From: an uncultured Spirochaetota bacterium
GTDB taxonomy: Bacteria > Spirochaetota > UBA4802 > UBA5550
Assembly (NCBI GenBank): GCA_963827275.1
Contig: CAWHAA010000010.1
Span: 32,001 to 96,000 of the forward strand
Direction: 5' to 3'
Length of the DNA stretch: 64,000 nucleotides
Position 1 is the stretch's first letter, and every line of letters starts with the position of its first letter. Under the pieces are notes generated by a model that had not been told where the DNA came from, ran no database searches, and worked only from the letters and a program-made list of their open reading frames with translations. The position numbers were made by a program, and so were the translations under genes. This document shows, piece after piece, positions 9,202 to 19,235 of the stretch.

Positions 9202-11013
9202 TCATATGACGTACTTCTCTGACCGCTTTCGCTCCAGCGCCTTGAGCATGCGCTTCCTCATACGCACGCTCTTCGGGGTCACCTCGAGGAGTTCGTCATC
9301 GTCTATGTACGCTATCGCCTGCTCCAGTGAAAAGAGGCGCGGCGGTATGAGGCGGATCGCTTCGTCTGATCCCGATGCGCGCATGTTGGTGAGTTTTTTC
9401 GTCCTGCAGGGGTTCACCTCCATGTCGCTCTCCCTGCTGTTTTCGCCGATTATCATCCCTTCATAGACAGGAACGCCGGGCCCGATAAAGAGGGTGCCGC
9501 GCTCCTGGAGGGTGTCCAGGGCATAGGCGTTTGAAAGTCCGTCTTCCATCGCGATCAGCACGCCGCGGTTTCGCGAGGGAATGGCCCCCTTGAACGGTTC
9601 ATACCCTTCAAAAAGATGGTTAAGGATGCCGGTGCCGCGCGTGTCGGTCAAAAATTCCCCGCGGAAGCCGATAAGTCCCCGCGAAGGCACTTTCAGCTCC
9701 AGCCTGGTGTACCCGTCGTTGCCCTGCACCATGCTGACCAGCTCGGCCCGCCGCTTGCCCAGCTTCTCGATCACCACGCCCGAATACTCGGCGTCAACGT
9801 CGATTAGGGCCATCTCCATCGGCTCGTGCTTGACGCCATTGACCTCGTGGTATATGACCCGCGGCCGTGAGACCTGGAATTCGTACCCCTCCCGCCGCAT
9901 GTTCTCTATCAGTATTGAAAGCTGGAGCTCGCCGCGGCCCTTTACCGTGAAGGAGTCCTTGTTTTCGGCCCTCTCTATCACGAGACTCACGTTGGTTTCA
10001 AGCTCCTTTTCCAGGCGTTCCCATATATGCCTCGACGTTACGAGCTTGCCCTCCTTCCCGAGGAACGGGGAATCGTTTACCTGGAACGTTATTGAAATTG
10101 TCGGTTCGTCGATCTTAATCGCGGGGAGCGCCTTCGGGTCGTCGCCGCCGGCCAGGGTGTCGCCGAGGTCGATCTTTTCAAACCCGGAAAACGCGACGAT
10201 ATCACCGGCAGAGGCCTCGCTGATCTCCGACCTCTTCAGGCCGCGGAACTCGAACAGCTTCGTTATCTTGCCCGTTACCGTCCCCCCCTTCTGCTTGATG
10301 AGCGTGACCTCGTCCCCGGCCCGCATCACGCCGTGGTGGATCTTTCCCGTGCCGATCTTGCCGATATAGTTGTCGTACTGCACCGCGGACACCAGGAACT
10401 GGAGGTCTTTGCCGGGGTCCCCGCCCGGGGCGCGCACGTGCTTGATGATCGTCTCGAACAGGGGCACCATGTCGGTATACTCGTCATACAGCGCGTAATG
10501 CGAATCCCCGTTTTTTGCCGAGGCGAAAACGACGGGAAAATCAAGCTGCGCGTCGGACGCGTTGAGCTCGACAAAAAGGTCGAAGACCATGTCGACTACC
10601 TGGTCGGGGCGGCTGTTGGGCCTGTCGATTTTATTTATCACAACGATGGGACAGTGCCCGGCCTCGAGTGATTTTTTCAGGACGTATTTCGTCTGCGGCA
10701 TCGTGCCTTCAAACGCATCGACGACCAGGAGCACCGAGTCGACCATGTCGAGAACCCGCTGGACCTCGCCGCCGAAATCGGCGTGCCCGGGCGTATCCAC
10801 GATATTTATCTTGTAGTCCTTGTATGAAAAGGAGGCGTTCTTGGAGAATATCGTTATGCCTCGCTCTTTCTCGAGGTCATTGGAGTCCATGATCCGCTCT
10901 TCCACCCGCTCGTTCGTGCGGAAGGTGCCCGACTGCTTCAGCATGGCGTCAACGAGGGTCGTTTTTCCATGATCGACATGGGCGATAATCGCTATGTTCC
11001 GTATTTTTTCCAT
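9202..11013 (-). CDS. typA: Translational GTPase TypA/BipA
   Basis: [44 protein letters not shown]-terminal [11 protein letters not shown]. Confidence 0.98.
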   Translation of the reverse strand: MEKIRNIAIIAHVDHGKTTLVDAMLKQSGTFRTNERVEERIMDSNDLEKERGITIFSKNASFSYKDYKINIVDTPGHADFGGEVQRVLDMVDSVLLVVDAFEGTMPQTKYVLKKSLEAGHCPIVVINKIDRPNSRPDQVVDMVFDLFVELNASDAQLDFPVVFASAKNGDSHYALYDEYTDMVPLFETIIKHVRAPGGDPGKDLQFLVSAVQYDNYIGKIGTGKIHHGVMRAGDEVTLIKQKGGTVTGKITKLFEFRGLKRSEISEASAGDIVAFSGFEKIDLGDTLAGGDDPKALPAIKIDEPTISITFQVNDSPFLGKEGKLVTSRHIWERLEKELETNVSLVIERAENKDSFTVKGRGELQLSILIENMRREGYEFQVSRPRVIYHEVNGVKHEPMEMALIDVDAEYSGVVIEKLGKRRAELVSMVQGNDGYTRLELKVPSRGLIGFRGEFLTDTRGTGILNHLFEGYEPFKGAIPSRNRGVLIAMEDGLSNAYALDTLQERGTLFIGPGVPVYEGMIIGENSRESDMEVNPCRTKKLTNMRASGSDEAIRLIPPRLFSLEQAIAYIDDDELLEVTPKSVRMRKRMLKALERKRSEKYVI

Positions 11014-11203
11014 CTGTCATCCGTATCGGCGTGTAATAACGTGCAGAGTACTGCCGGTAGGCGTTTTTACAGGCGGGGGTGCTGTTTGCAAGCTAATTTT
11101 TTACAATATCGAAATTCTCGAGAATGTTGCTGTCGAATTTTGGATCGGGGGGCATCCTGGCGAGCAGGCGGCAGGAGGTCGCTGTTACCGATTTCCATGG
11201 GAA

Positions 11204-11938
11204 GAGGCTTTGACCCTGATTAATCCTGAAGTTAATTAAATATAATATGATGCTCTGACCCCCCGTTTTTTTTTAATGTTCCTCCACCTCCAATCGTATA
11301 CCTCTACAGGAGGAAGCATATGCCACGACCATTACGCACTATAGCCCAGGGATTCACCCATCACGTATTCAGCAGATGCCATGGGAAAAAAAATCTTCTG
11401 CTTGGTAAATATGGGAAAAAGTATTTCATAGAATCAGTCAGGGAGTGCCAGGAGAAATATGATTTTGAACTCATCGCTGCAGAGATTGTTGCCAATCACA
11501 TTCACCTTGTCATTAAAACGAACCTGGATAAACAGACAATTTCCCGAATAATGCAGTATATCAAGGCCAGAATTGCGGAAAAATACAACAGGGCCATGGG
11601 ACAGACAGGCGCCTTCTGGAATGAACGCTTCGGTTCTAGCGTTATTGAGGAAGCGGATAATCCAGAGGATTATTTGTTATGGCTGTTATGGTACATTGGC
11701 TACAATCCGGTACGAAAGGGCCTGTCGAGGAATCCACGTTCGAACGATATCGGGTTCATAAACTGCTATCTGGACAGAAATCATGTGGCACCTATAAAAA
11801 TTACCCTTCATGAATTCTTTTATAAGCTTGGAAATACCTTTGAAGAGTGTGTGAAAGAGATTCCTGTTCTATGAAGATGCCTATCTTAAGAGATTAGCGG
11901 TGTATTTTGATTGAGAGGGTTGAGAGGGTCAGAGCCCC
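11204..11938 (+). mobile_element. RAYT-like (Y1 HUH) element with short GC-rich inverted terminal motifs
   Basis: Left GAGGCTTTGACCCT (11204-11217) and GCTCTGACCCCCC (11252-11264); right AGGGTCAGAGCCCC (11925-11938) in inverted orientation; interior visibly AT-richer than the flanks. Confidence 0.6.
11320..11914 (+). CDS. REP-associated tyrosine transposase-like protein (Y1_Tnp/IS200 superfamily); ORF as sequenced ends at 11874, possible +1 indel at 11854-11856
   Basis: MPRPLR N-terminus, HHVFSRC, HUH motif NHIHL, GAFWNERF, YIGYNPVRKG catalytic Tyr; RBS AGGAGG. Removing one A extends the tail to KRFLFYEDAYLKRLAVYFD* at 11914. Confidence 0.85.
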
Positions 11939-11948
11939 TATAAACGAT

Positions 11949-11984
11949 AAACGGAATGAACCAAAAACGGAATGAACCAAAAAC
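11949..11984. repeat. Perfect 16-bp tandem duplication ACGGAATGAACCAAAA x2
   Basis: Copies at 11951-11966 and 11967-11982; a 9-bp duplication TTGAGAGGG x2 also lies at 11911-11928. Confidence 0.85.
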
Positions 11985-12006
11985 TCTTGTTTTATTCAAT
12001 TACTCC

Positions 12007-12885
12007 CTACAGACCCCTCGCACGCTCCGACCGGAGCGCCGATAAGTCTTTCGAATCAAGCACAGAGTTTATGGTAGCGAGCATTTTCGCCCTGTCCCTC
12101 TGGAGGGTGCCGTTTATGGGCAGGTAGTTCGACGCGTGTATACCGACAAACTTCAGGTTGTCGATCGTCAGGTTCTCAAACAGGACTTTCATCTCCTCGA
12201 GCGTCTCGAACGGATCGGGCACCTGGAATTCGCCCCGCTCGATATGGCGGTAGAGGGTCGTGCCGGGTACCGGGGTGACCGTCAGGGCAGCGAGGTAGTG
12301 CGGCTTCATTTCGTTGGTAATCTTCGCCGTGGCAAGGGCGTGCTCTTTCGAGCGCGGGCCCCTGCCGGCGATGCCGAGCAGGATCATGGAGGAGAGATTC
12401 ATCCCAGCCTGGACGAGGCTCTGACCCGCACTGAGCATCTCGTCGTAGGTGACGCCCTTGTTGATCTCTTTCAATACGCGCTCGTCGCCGGTTTCAACCC
12501 CGAGATACGCCTTGGCAAGGCCGGCCTCGCGCAATTCAATAAGCTCCGAAATACTTTTTGAAAGCGTGCTCTGCGGGCCCACGTACGCGCCCACATGGCG
12601 CAGCGAGGGAAACGCCAGCTTCAACTCATTTAATATTTCAAGCAGGACGGGTGTCTCTATGGCAATTGCGTCGCCGTCGCAGAGGAAGACCTTTTCCACG
12701 TCGCCGAACTGTTTTTTCGCCATCCGGATGTCTTCTTTAATTTCATCAAGGCCGCGGACGCGGTACTTCTTGTCTTTGTACATCCCGCAGAATGTGCACT
12801 TATTATGCGAGCACCCGACCGTGCACTGAAGCAGGTAGCTGTTCGCCTCGCTGAAAGGCCTGAAGATGTTTCCTTCGTACCGCAT
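12007..12885 (-). CDS. Radical SAM protein of unknown function
   Basis: CSHNKCTFC (CxxxCxxC), FLCDGDA, YLGVETG; start overlaps the iorB stop (TAATG). Confidence 0.9.
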   Translation of the reverse strand: MRYEGNIFRPFSEANSYLLQCTVGCSHNKCTFCGMYKDKKYRVRGLDEIKEDIRMAKKQFGDVEKVFLCDGDAIAIETPVLLEILNELKLAFPSLRHVGAYVGPQSTLSKSISELIELREAGLAKAYLGVETGDERVLKEINKGVTYDEMLSAGQSLVQAGMNLSSMILLGIAGRGPRSKEHALATAKITNEMKPHYLAALTVTPVPGTTLYRHIERGEFQVPDPFETLEEMKVLFENLTIDNLKFVGIHASNYLPINGTLQRDRAKMLATINSVLDSKDLSALRSERARGL

Positions 12886-13523
12886 TATGCCCTTGTACCG
12901 GACGCTTGTTGTGCCATCTCCCTGCCCCTTTCAAACGCCGCGAGGTTGATGTCAACGCGGTCCGCCTTCATGGTCTCTGCTATGACTCGCCTGAAATCGC
13001 CGGTATCGAACGGGACCACGCGCGCAGCGGCCAGCGCGCCCATCATGATGACGTTGCCCAGGATCGGCTGGCCGAACTTCATGGCCTCGTCCGTCGCGTC
13101 TATGAACACGACATCGTTTGTAAGCTCCAGCAGGGCATCGCGTAGTCTCTCGACCGGGGGATAAACCATGTCGCCGGCTATGACCCCGACCGGGAATATC
13201 GGCCGGGTGTTACTGATGATCTTCACCCCGCTGTTCCCGTACGTGGCCATCACCCGGACCGCCTCGGCAGGCTCGAGTGCCACCACCACGTGAGCCTGGC
13301 CGGCGGGGATCTGCGGGCTCCATGCCGAGGTTTCGGATATGCGCAGGTGGCTCATGACGGAGCCGCCGCGCTGCGACACGCCGAAGGTCTCGCCGATGGT
13401 CACGAACAGTCCCTTTCGGGAGAGTGCGTTGCCGAGCATGCGGGAGGCCATTACGTTGCCCTGCCCGCCCACACCGGTTATAATGATATTGTATGGATCG
13501 TTCAGCAATACGGATTTCGCCAT
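12885..13523 (-). CDS. iorB: Indolepyruvate:ferredoxin oxidoreductase beta subunit
   Basis: GVGGQG, ETFGVSQRGGSVMSHLR, LEPAEA; start MAKSV at 13523 overlaps the iorA stop. Confidence 0.92.
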   Translation of the reverse strand: MAKSVLLNDPYNIIITGVGGQGNVMASRMLGNALSRKGLFVTIGETFGVSQRGGSVMSHLRISETSAWSPQIPAGQAHVVVALEPAEAVRVMATYGNSGVKIISNTRPIFPVGVIAGDMVYPPVERLRDALLELTNDVVFIDATDEAMKFGQPILGNVIMMGALAAARVVPFDTGDFRRVIAETMKADRVDINLAAFERGREMAQQASGTRA

Positions 13524-15457
13524 CACACCGCCTCCTCTTTCCGTATGGCGCCGGAAGGGCAGATGGAGGCGCACACGCCGCACCCTGCGCAGATCACCTC
13601 GTCGATCACCGCAGCCTCTTTCTCGGCGTCCCACACGAGACCCGGACAGCGGAACACGCGCGTGCAGAGACGGCTGCAGCCGCACCGGTCGCCGGTGCAG
13701 ATGGCCTGGTCCACGGAGACGCGGTACTTTTTCTTCCCCTTTTTCTCCGGTGAGAGCGCGCACATCTGGCGCATGATCAGCACCCGCGCGCCCTTTTCGT
13801 CCATGAGCCGGAGCAGTGTCGCCTGGGTCGTCTCGACCTCGAAGGGATCGGCGTATTCCACCGTCGCGCCGAGCGACCGGCAGAGGGCGGCCGGGTCCAT
13901 GGGGGGCACGTTGCCGCCCATGGCGTCCTCCGCGGTGCCCGGGTGCGGCTGGAACCCGGTCATGGCGGTCCCGCTGTTGTCGAGAAGAACGAATATCACG
14001 TCTGACTTGTTATGAATTGCGTTTATAAGCGCCGGAATGGCCGCGTGGAAGAACGTGGAATCGCCGCATACCGCCAGTATCGGCTGTTCCATGCCGAACC
14101 TGGTGAGCTTGCCGAACCCGCTCGCGATCCCGATACCCGATCCCATTGAATGCGACGTCTTCGAGGTGTTGAAGCCGCAGGGGAGCAGGCCGAGGGTATA
14201 GCAGCCGATGTCGCCGCACACGAACCCCCGCCGGTTGTCGATTGCGAGCGCGTTGTGCAGGTCCCAGAACGAGGCCCGGTGCGGGCATCCGGGACAGAAC
14301 GTGAGGTCCCTGACCGGGGCCATCTCCGCAGCGATCGCCTGCGCCCGCTTCCTGAAGCTGTCCGGCATCGCGTCATAGTCGATGCCGAGTATCGTCTTGA
14401 CCGCGTTGACCACGATGTCGGGGTTCATCTCTCCGGTCATCGGCACGGTCCCGTCATTCTTGCCGTGGAACTTCTTGACGCCGATCTCCGCCGCCATCTC
14501 GGCGGCCAGTATCTTCACGTTCTCTTCCAGGAACGGGAGGACCTCCTCGATAAAAAGGATGGAGCCGGAACGGGAGAGGTTTTTCCGTATCAGGTCCGGC
14601 GGCAGCGGCCAGGTGGTGCCGATCTTCAGTATCCCCACCCGTTTGTCCGCGCCGAGAAGGCGGACCGCCTCCCGCGAGTAGAGGTTGCAGGCGCTGCAGG
14701 TAACGATCAGGAGCTCCGGCTTTTCCGGGCCGGTATAGGTATTGAAGGGCGATTTTTCAAAGAGCGCGACTGCCTTCTTCAGCTTCTGCTGGAGCGTCAC
14801 ATGGTGCGGCGGCACCGGCATGGTGACCACCGGGCCGGAGGCGGGATCGCCGGGGACCGCATCAAACACAAAGCGTGCCGTGTGCCCGGTGCCGGGCAGC
14901 CTGCCGATCGTGACGTTCCCGCTCGCGTGGGAGAGGCGCGTGACGCTCCGCATCATGACCAGGAGACCGAGCTCCTCAGAGAGCTCGAAGGCCCATTTCG
15001 TCATTGCGAGCGCTTCCTGGAAATCCCCCGGCTCAAGGAGCGGCAGCTCTATCATCTTCGCGAAATGCCGCGATTCGCCCTCGTTGATGCTGGAGAGCGC
15101 GCCGGGATCGTCGCAGTGTACAAGGACAATGCCGCCGCGGGTCCCGGAGAGGGCCACGTGCAGCAGAAAATCGGACGCCACGTTCACGCCGTTCTGCTTC
15201 ATGGCGCATATCGAGCGGAGACCGGCGATCGACGCCGCGAATGATACCTCCAGCGCGACCTTTTCGTTCACGGACCACTCGACGTATATGTTCCTTTTTT
15301 CCGACGCCTTTGAGAGGTTTTCTATTATTTCGGACGAGGGGGTGCCGGGGTACGCGCTCGCGACGCTGACGCCCGCCTCGAGCGCGCCGCGCACGATCGC
15401 GTCGTTCCCCATCATCAGGTACCGCGTCCCTTCTTTTTCATCAAACAGATACGACAT
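13523..15457 (-). CDS. iorA: Indolepyruvate:ferredoxin oxidoreductase alpha subunit
   Basis: YPGTPSSE, WSVNEKVA, FCPGCPHR, GDIGCY, GDSTFFH...DN TPP motif, C-terminal ferredoxin (CAGCGVCASICP); start MSYLF with RBS AAGGAG. Confidence 0.94.
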   Translation of the reverse strand: MSYLFDEKEGTRYLMMGNDAIVRGALEAGVSVASAYPGTPSSEIIENLSKASEKRNIYVEWSVNEKVALEVSFAASIAGLRSICAMKQNGVNVASDFLLHVALSGTRGGIVLVHCDDPGALSSINEGESRHFAKMIELPLLEPGDFQEALAMTKWAFELSEELGLLVMMRSVTRLSHASGNVTIGRLPGTGHTARFVFDAVPGDPASGPVVTMPVPPHHVTLQQKLKKAVALFEKSPFNTYTGPEKPELLIVTCSACNLYSREAVRLLGADKRVGILKIGTTWPLPPDLIRKNLSRSGSILFIEEVLPFLEENVKILAAEMAAEIGVKKFHGKNDGTVPMTGEMNPDIVVNAVKTILGIDYDAMPDSFRKRAQAIAAEMAPVRDLTFCPGCPHRASFWDLHNALAIDNRRGFVCGDIGCYTLGLLPCGFNTSKTSHSMGSGIGIASGFGKLTRFGMEQPILAVCGDSTFFHAAIPALINAIHNKSDVIFVLLDNSGTAMTGFQPHPGTAEDAMGGNVPPMDPAALCRSLGATVEYADPFEVETTQATLLRLMDEKGARVLIMRQMCALSPEKKGKKKYRVSVDQAICTGDRCGCSRLCTRVFRCPGLVWDAEKEAAVIDEVICAGCGVCASICPSGAIRKEEAV

Positions 15458-15486
15458 TGCGCCACTCCTTTCTCCGCACTCAGCCA

Positions 15487-16587
15487 TTAACAGGATTTCG
15501 TATCGATCCTGATCGCCGCGCGTCCGCCCTCGGCGGGCGACTTTACCAACTTTTCCTCGCGGCCCTTCTTCAGCGCGCGCGCCTTCTTGTTGCCAGCGGC
15601 GCTGTTCAGGTGCTCCAGGTTTTCCACCGGCATCCCGTCGACTTCGAGGTAGCCCTCTTTCACGGCCCCCTCCACCATCGCCCGGCCCCGCTCGGTCCGT
15701 ATGACCAGGGTGTTCCATTCCGCGCTTCCCTCGAACACGCCGACGGAGACATCGGTGAATTCCGCCGTCATGTCAAAGCAGTAATCGCACGCGTTCGGCA
15801 CGCACTTCCTTACTTCATCGAGCGGTATGTCGATCCTGCCCGATTCGGTATAGACTTCCATCACCCCGGCAGGCGGGGGCGGTATATCGAATTTGCGTAT
15901 CGCGCTGATGTCGGTTTTTTCAGCCAGGAGGTCGCGGAGCGACCGGTAGTCGAGCGCCCAGGTGCAGAAGAGACCCGCGACGAAGCCGACCGGATCGGTG
16001 AAGTCCTTTTGTTCCATGGGGTTGGCGCGCATCTGCGCAAGGGCAAGCGCCTGGCACGGGGTCAGCACAAGGCCCAGGTTGCGGCGCCCCTCCCGCACCG
16101 CCTCGTTGAACGCGGCGAGCGTCGGTGCGGCGGTGTATTTTGATGAGGCAAACCCCGCCACGGCGCCCGGATCAGTCACGATCACCGGCACGGGAAGGAG
16201 CCCCTCCCTGCCGGTAAGGACCGCGGCGTCGATCTTCTTCGACCCGAGCGCGTAGGTCATGAGCGCCGTAACCGTACCCCCCGCCTGGAAGTTCGCCCGC
16301 CCCGCCTTCTTTCCCGCGCGCGATCTCTTCACTGAAAGATGATGCCCGATCGGCGCCATCGAATACGGCGCGCCGAACATGCGGCGGGAAACCTCGTCGA
16401 GGTCAACCTCTACCTTGGGACAGTAGGCAAAGCAGCGGCCCTCTTCCTGCGTGCAGGGGAAGAGCATCGCCGTCTTTCCGTTGTATGTTTTAAAGTAGGG
16501 GCAGAGGGAAACGCATGCCCCGCACCCGATGCAGAGGTCCCTGTCGAGCACCTCCGCGCGCAGTTCGCCGGATCCCGATATGATCAT
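15487..16587 (-). CDS. FrhB/FdhB-family (F420 hydrogenase beta-like) flavo-iron-sulfur protein with N-terminal 4Fe-4S domain
   Basis: CIGCGACVSLCP, QAGGTVTAL, SSKY, TPCQ, GLFC, CDYCFD, DVSVG, WNTLVIRTERG. Confidence 0.88.
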   Translation of the reverse strand: MIISGSGELRAEVLDRDLCIGCGACVSLCPYFKTYNGKTAMLFPCTQEEGRCFAYCPKVEVDLDEVSRRMFGAPYSMAPIGHHLSVKRSRAGKKAGRANFQAGGTVTALMTYALGSKKIDAAVLTGREGLLPVPVIVTDPGAVAGFASSKYTAAPTLAAFNEAVREGRRNLGLVLTPCQALALAQMRANPMEQKDFTDPVGFVAGLFCTWALDYRSLRDLLAEKTDISAIRKFDIPPPPAGVMEVYTESGRIDIPLDEVRKCVPNACDYCFDMTAEFTDVSVGVFEGSAEWNTLVIRTERGRAMVEGAVKEGYLEVDGMPVENLEHLNSAAGNKKARALKKGREEKLVKSPAEGGRAAIRIDTKSC

Positions 16588-16708
16588 CGCGCACTTCCGG
16601 CCGCGGGACGATACCCGCCTGTATTCAGCATAGCCATATCACCATCGAAGTATAACGCCGCGCGGGGTCAATAAATTATTCGCGCTGGCCCGATTTTTAT
16701 TGCTGCCG

Positions 16709-17860
16709 TCACATTGCCTTTTTCAGCACCGCGAGAAAGTCTTTCGCTTTCACCGGGACCATGTTGCTCCCATGGCAGGGGTCCAGTACCGCTTCACCGC
16801 TGATCCTGGCCGCATCGGAAGCGGGAATATCATATTTCGAGAGCCCGGGTTTTATCCCTACCTTCTTTACAAAAGCCCGGCAATTTTCCGAAAGACTTCC
16901 TTTATCGATGCTGCATTCGGCGAACAGTGCGTTTACTTTTTTTATCTTTGTTTTCTGCTCTTTCGTGAGCTTCGCCTTTTCAAGGAAGGCCATGGAATCA
17001 GGCAGGAGCAGCGCGTTGGCAAGCCCGTGATGCATGTGATACAGGCTCGAGAGCGGGTGCGCCATGGAGTGTACCATGCCAAGGCCTTTCTGGAACGCAA
17101 CCGCGCCCATCGATGAGGCGATCTGCATCTTTTCGCGTGCGTCCAGGTCCTTGCCGTTTTTGCACGCGGCCGGGAGCCATTTCATTACAAGCTCCATCCC
17201 CTGCAGGGCGATCCCATCGGCCATGGGGTGGAACATGCTTACGAAATACGCCTCAAGGCAATGCACGAACGCGTCCATGCCGGTGGCAGCGGTCAGGAAG
17301 GGCGGCATCCCCGCGGTGAGCTTAGGCTCAAGCACCGCGATGGCGGGAAGCAGCTCAGGATGGAAGATGATGGTCTTCCTACCGGTGTCGCGCAGGATGA
17401 TGACGCCGGAGCGCCCCACCTCGCTCCCGGTACCGGAGGTCGTGGGTATCGCATACAGGGGCGGCATCGGTCCCTTGATGTAACGGTCTCCCCCCTGGCA
17501 GTCGTCATAGCGCGCCATGGGCGGGGGGTTCGCGACCATGACCTTGATGACTTTTGCAACGTCAAGGGGACTTCCGCCGCCGAGGCCGATAATGCTGTCG
17601 CAGTTCCCGGTCCGGAAGGCGATAACCCCCTTTTCAACATCCTCCTCGACCGGGTTCGGGTGGGTATCGGAAAATATATCAAACTCGATGCCCGCGGCGG
17701 AAAGCTCGGCCGTCACCTTCTTGACGATGCCCGCCTTTTCAAGGACCGCATCGGTCACGATGAGCGCCTTCCTGTGTTTTTTTTCCTTGAGCCGCTTCGC
17801 GAATTCGGCAAGCGCCCCCTGGCCGAGCAGTATTGTTGTGGGATAGTTGTATTGTACCAT
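16709..17860 (-). CDS. Iron-containing alcohol dehydrogenase
   Basis: GGGSPLD, PTTSGTGSEVGR, DAFVHCLE, FHPMADGIAL, AFQKGLGMVHSMAH, HHG iron ligands. Confidence 0.93.
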   Translation of the reverse strand: MVQYNYPTTILLGQGALAEFAKRLKEKKHRKALIVTDAVLEKAGIVKKVTAELSAAGIEFDIFSDTHPNPVEEDVEKGVIAFRTGNCDSIIGLGGGSPLDVAKVIKVMVANPPPMARYDDCQGGDRYIKGPMPPLYAIPTTSGTGSEVGRSGVIILRDTGRKTIIFHPELLPAIAVLEPKLTAGMPPFLTAATGMDAFVHCLEAYFVSMFHPMADGIALQGMELVMKWLPAACKNGKDLDAREKMQIASSMGAVAFQKGLGMVHSMAHPLSSLYHMHHGLANALLLPDSMAFLEKAKLTKEQKTKIKKVNALFAECSIDKGSLSENCRAFVKKVGIKPGLSKYDIPASDAARISGEAVLDPCHGSNMVPVKAKDFLAVLKKAM

Positions 17861-17942
17861 TGTGGTTGCCTCGTTAAAAATCCTTTATCGCTCTATATTA
17901 TATATGGCTCAATTTATTCAACGATTTTTTATTATTGCAGGC

Positions 17943-19229
17943 CTACACATCCGACCTCCCCCTCCTCGACCGCAGCCACAATAAAAGCGTCAGCACCGCG
18001 CTCACCGAGGCAACGCACACCAGCATAAAGAGCACCGGGAAGAGGCTCCGGTCATAGCGCTGGTACATCCAGCCCACCAGCTGTTCCTGGAATATCGGCC
18101 CGATCGACCCCATGCCGTTGATGATACCCGCGGCGGCGAGCGCACCCTTCTTCGATCCGACGTCGATAGCGCCCGCGCCGGAAAGGAGCGAGTCCGGCCC
18201 GAACAGCATGAACCCGGCAAAGCCGATCGACACGGTGAACAGGACAAGACTTTTCGATCCAGAGTAATACATCATGAAAAAGGAGAGGGTCATCATGCAG
18301 ATCATGATGAATGAAAGAAACGATCTCCTGCCTTTGAATACCCGGTCGGATATGAACCCGCTCGCCATGACCCCGGCAAATCCGCATATATCAAAAACCG
18401 TTGATAGGTAGCCGGCGTTTGCCTGGGTCATGAAAAAATTCTTGTTCAGGAACCAGGGGAGCCAGCTCCAGAGAGCGTACCGGAGGAACTTTATGCAGAA
18501 GTATATAAGCCCCATGAGCGCGATGGTCGTGATGGTGTCGCGATCCCATCCCTTCGATTCTCCGTTTCCGCCCGTGTGTGCCGCCCCTTCGTCCCCGTCT
18601 TCAATCGCCGGCAGCCCGGCGTCTTCCGGCCGGTTCGGGTGGAGGAGAAGTATAAGGAACCATATGGCAAGGAGCACCACCGCGCCGCCGAAGAAGGACC
18701 ACCGCCAGCCCATCGTGCCGAGGAGGTATGACGCAAGGAGCGTCGCGGCGATCGGCCCGGCCTGGTAACAGGTGGACCAGAGGCCGAGGACGCTGCCCCG
18801 CTCCCGCCTCCTGAACCAGTGCGCCAGGCTCCCGATGCACCCGGGCCACCCGGTGCCCTGGGCCAGGCCGTTCAGCGCAATCCAGAGCATCACCGTCTGG
18901 AAGCTGTTTGCCGCGCCGAAAAGGGCTGTGCTGGCGATCGAGATTCCCGTGCCGGCGAGCAGGAGGAGCTTCGGCCCCAGCTTTTTCCCGAAATAGGCGC
19001 TGGCGAACTGGCCGACCATGTAGGCGACGAGGTACGCGGTGCCGAGATTTGCGACGTCCGTGGCCGAGAGAGTGAGCGCGTCAGCGATACCGGCCTTGGC
19101 CACGTAAAATGGCTTGCGGCAGAAATAATACCCGGCGTAGGCGAGCCAGGTGGCGGCCAGTATCCTGACCTGCCACGGGCGGTAGGGAGAGGCGCCTCCC
19201 GTTTTTGCCGGAGCGTCGGCCTGCGGCAT
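17943..19229 (-). CDS. MFS transporter, organophosphate:Pi antiporter (GlpT/UhpT-like) family
   Basis: ~12 hydrophobic segments, YYFCRKPF, QGTGWPG, WFRRRERG, GIINGMGSIG. Confidence 0.85.
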   Translation of the reverse strand: MPQADAPAKTGGASPYRPWQVRILAATWLAYAGYYFCRKPFYVAKAGIADALTLSATDVANLGTAYLVAYMVGQFASAYFGKKLGPKLLLLAGTGISIASTALFGAANSFQTVMLWIALNGLAQGTGWPGCIGSLAHWFRRRERGSVLGLWSTCYQAGPIAATLLASYLLGTMGWRWSFFGGAVVLLAIWFLILLLHPNRPEDAGLPAIEDGDEGAAHTGGNGESKGWDRDTITTIALMGLIYFCIKFLRYALWSWLPWFLNKNFFMTQANAGYLSTVFDICGFAGVMASGFISDRVFKGRRSFLSFIMICMMTLSFFMMYYSGSKSLVLFTVSIGFAGFMLFGPDSLLSGAGAIDVGSKKGALAAAGIINGMGSIGPIFQEQLVGWMYQRYDRSLFPVLFMLVCVASVSAVLTLLLWLRSRRGRSDV

Positions 19230-19235
19230 GGACGG

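Noticed and set aside
11911..11984. Possible CRISPR mini-array next to the transposase
   Set aside because: Adjacent duplications with no spacers, too short, and no cas genes.
13523..15718. N-terminal extensions in the ORF track for iorA (also iorB, lpdA, gcvT, clpC)
   Set aside because: They overlap upstream genes; downstream starts fit family homology and, where visible, an RBS.
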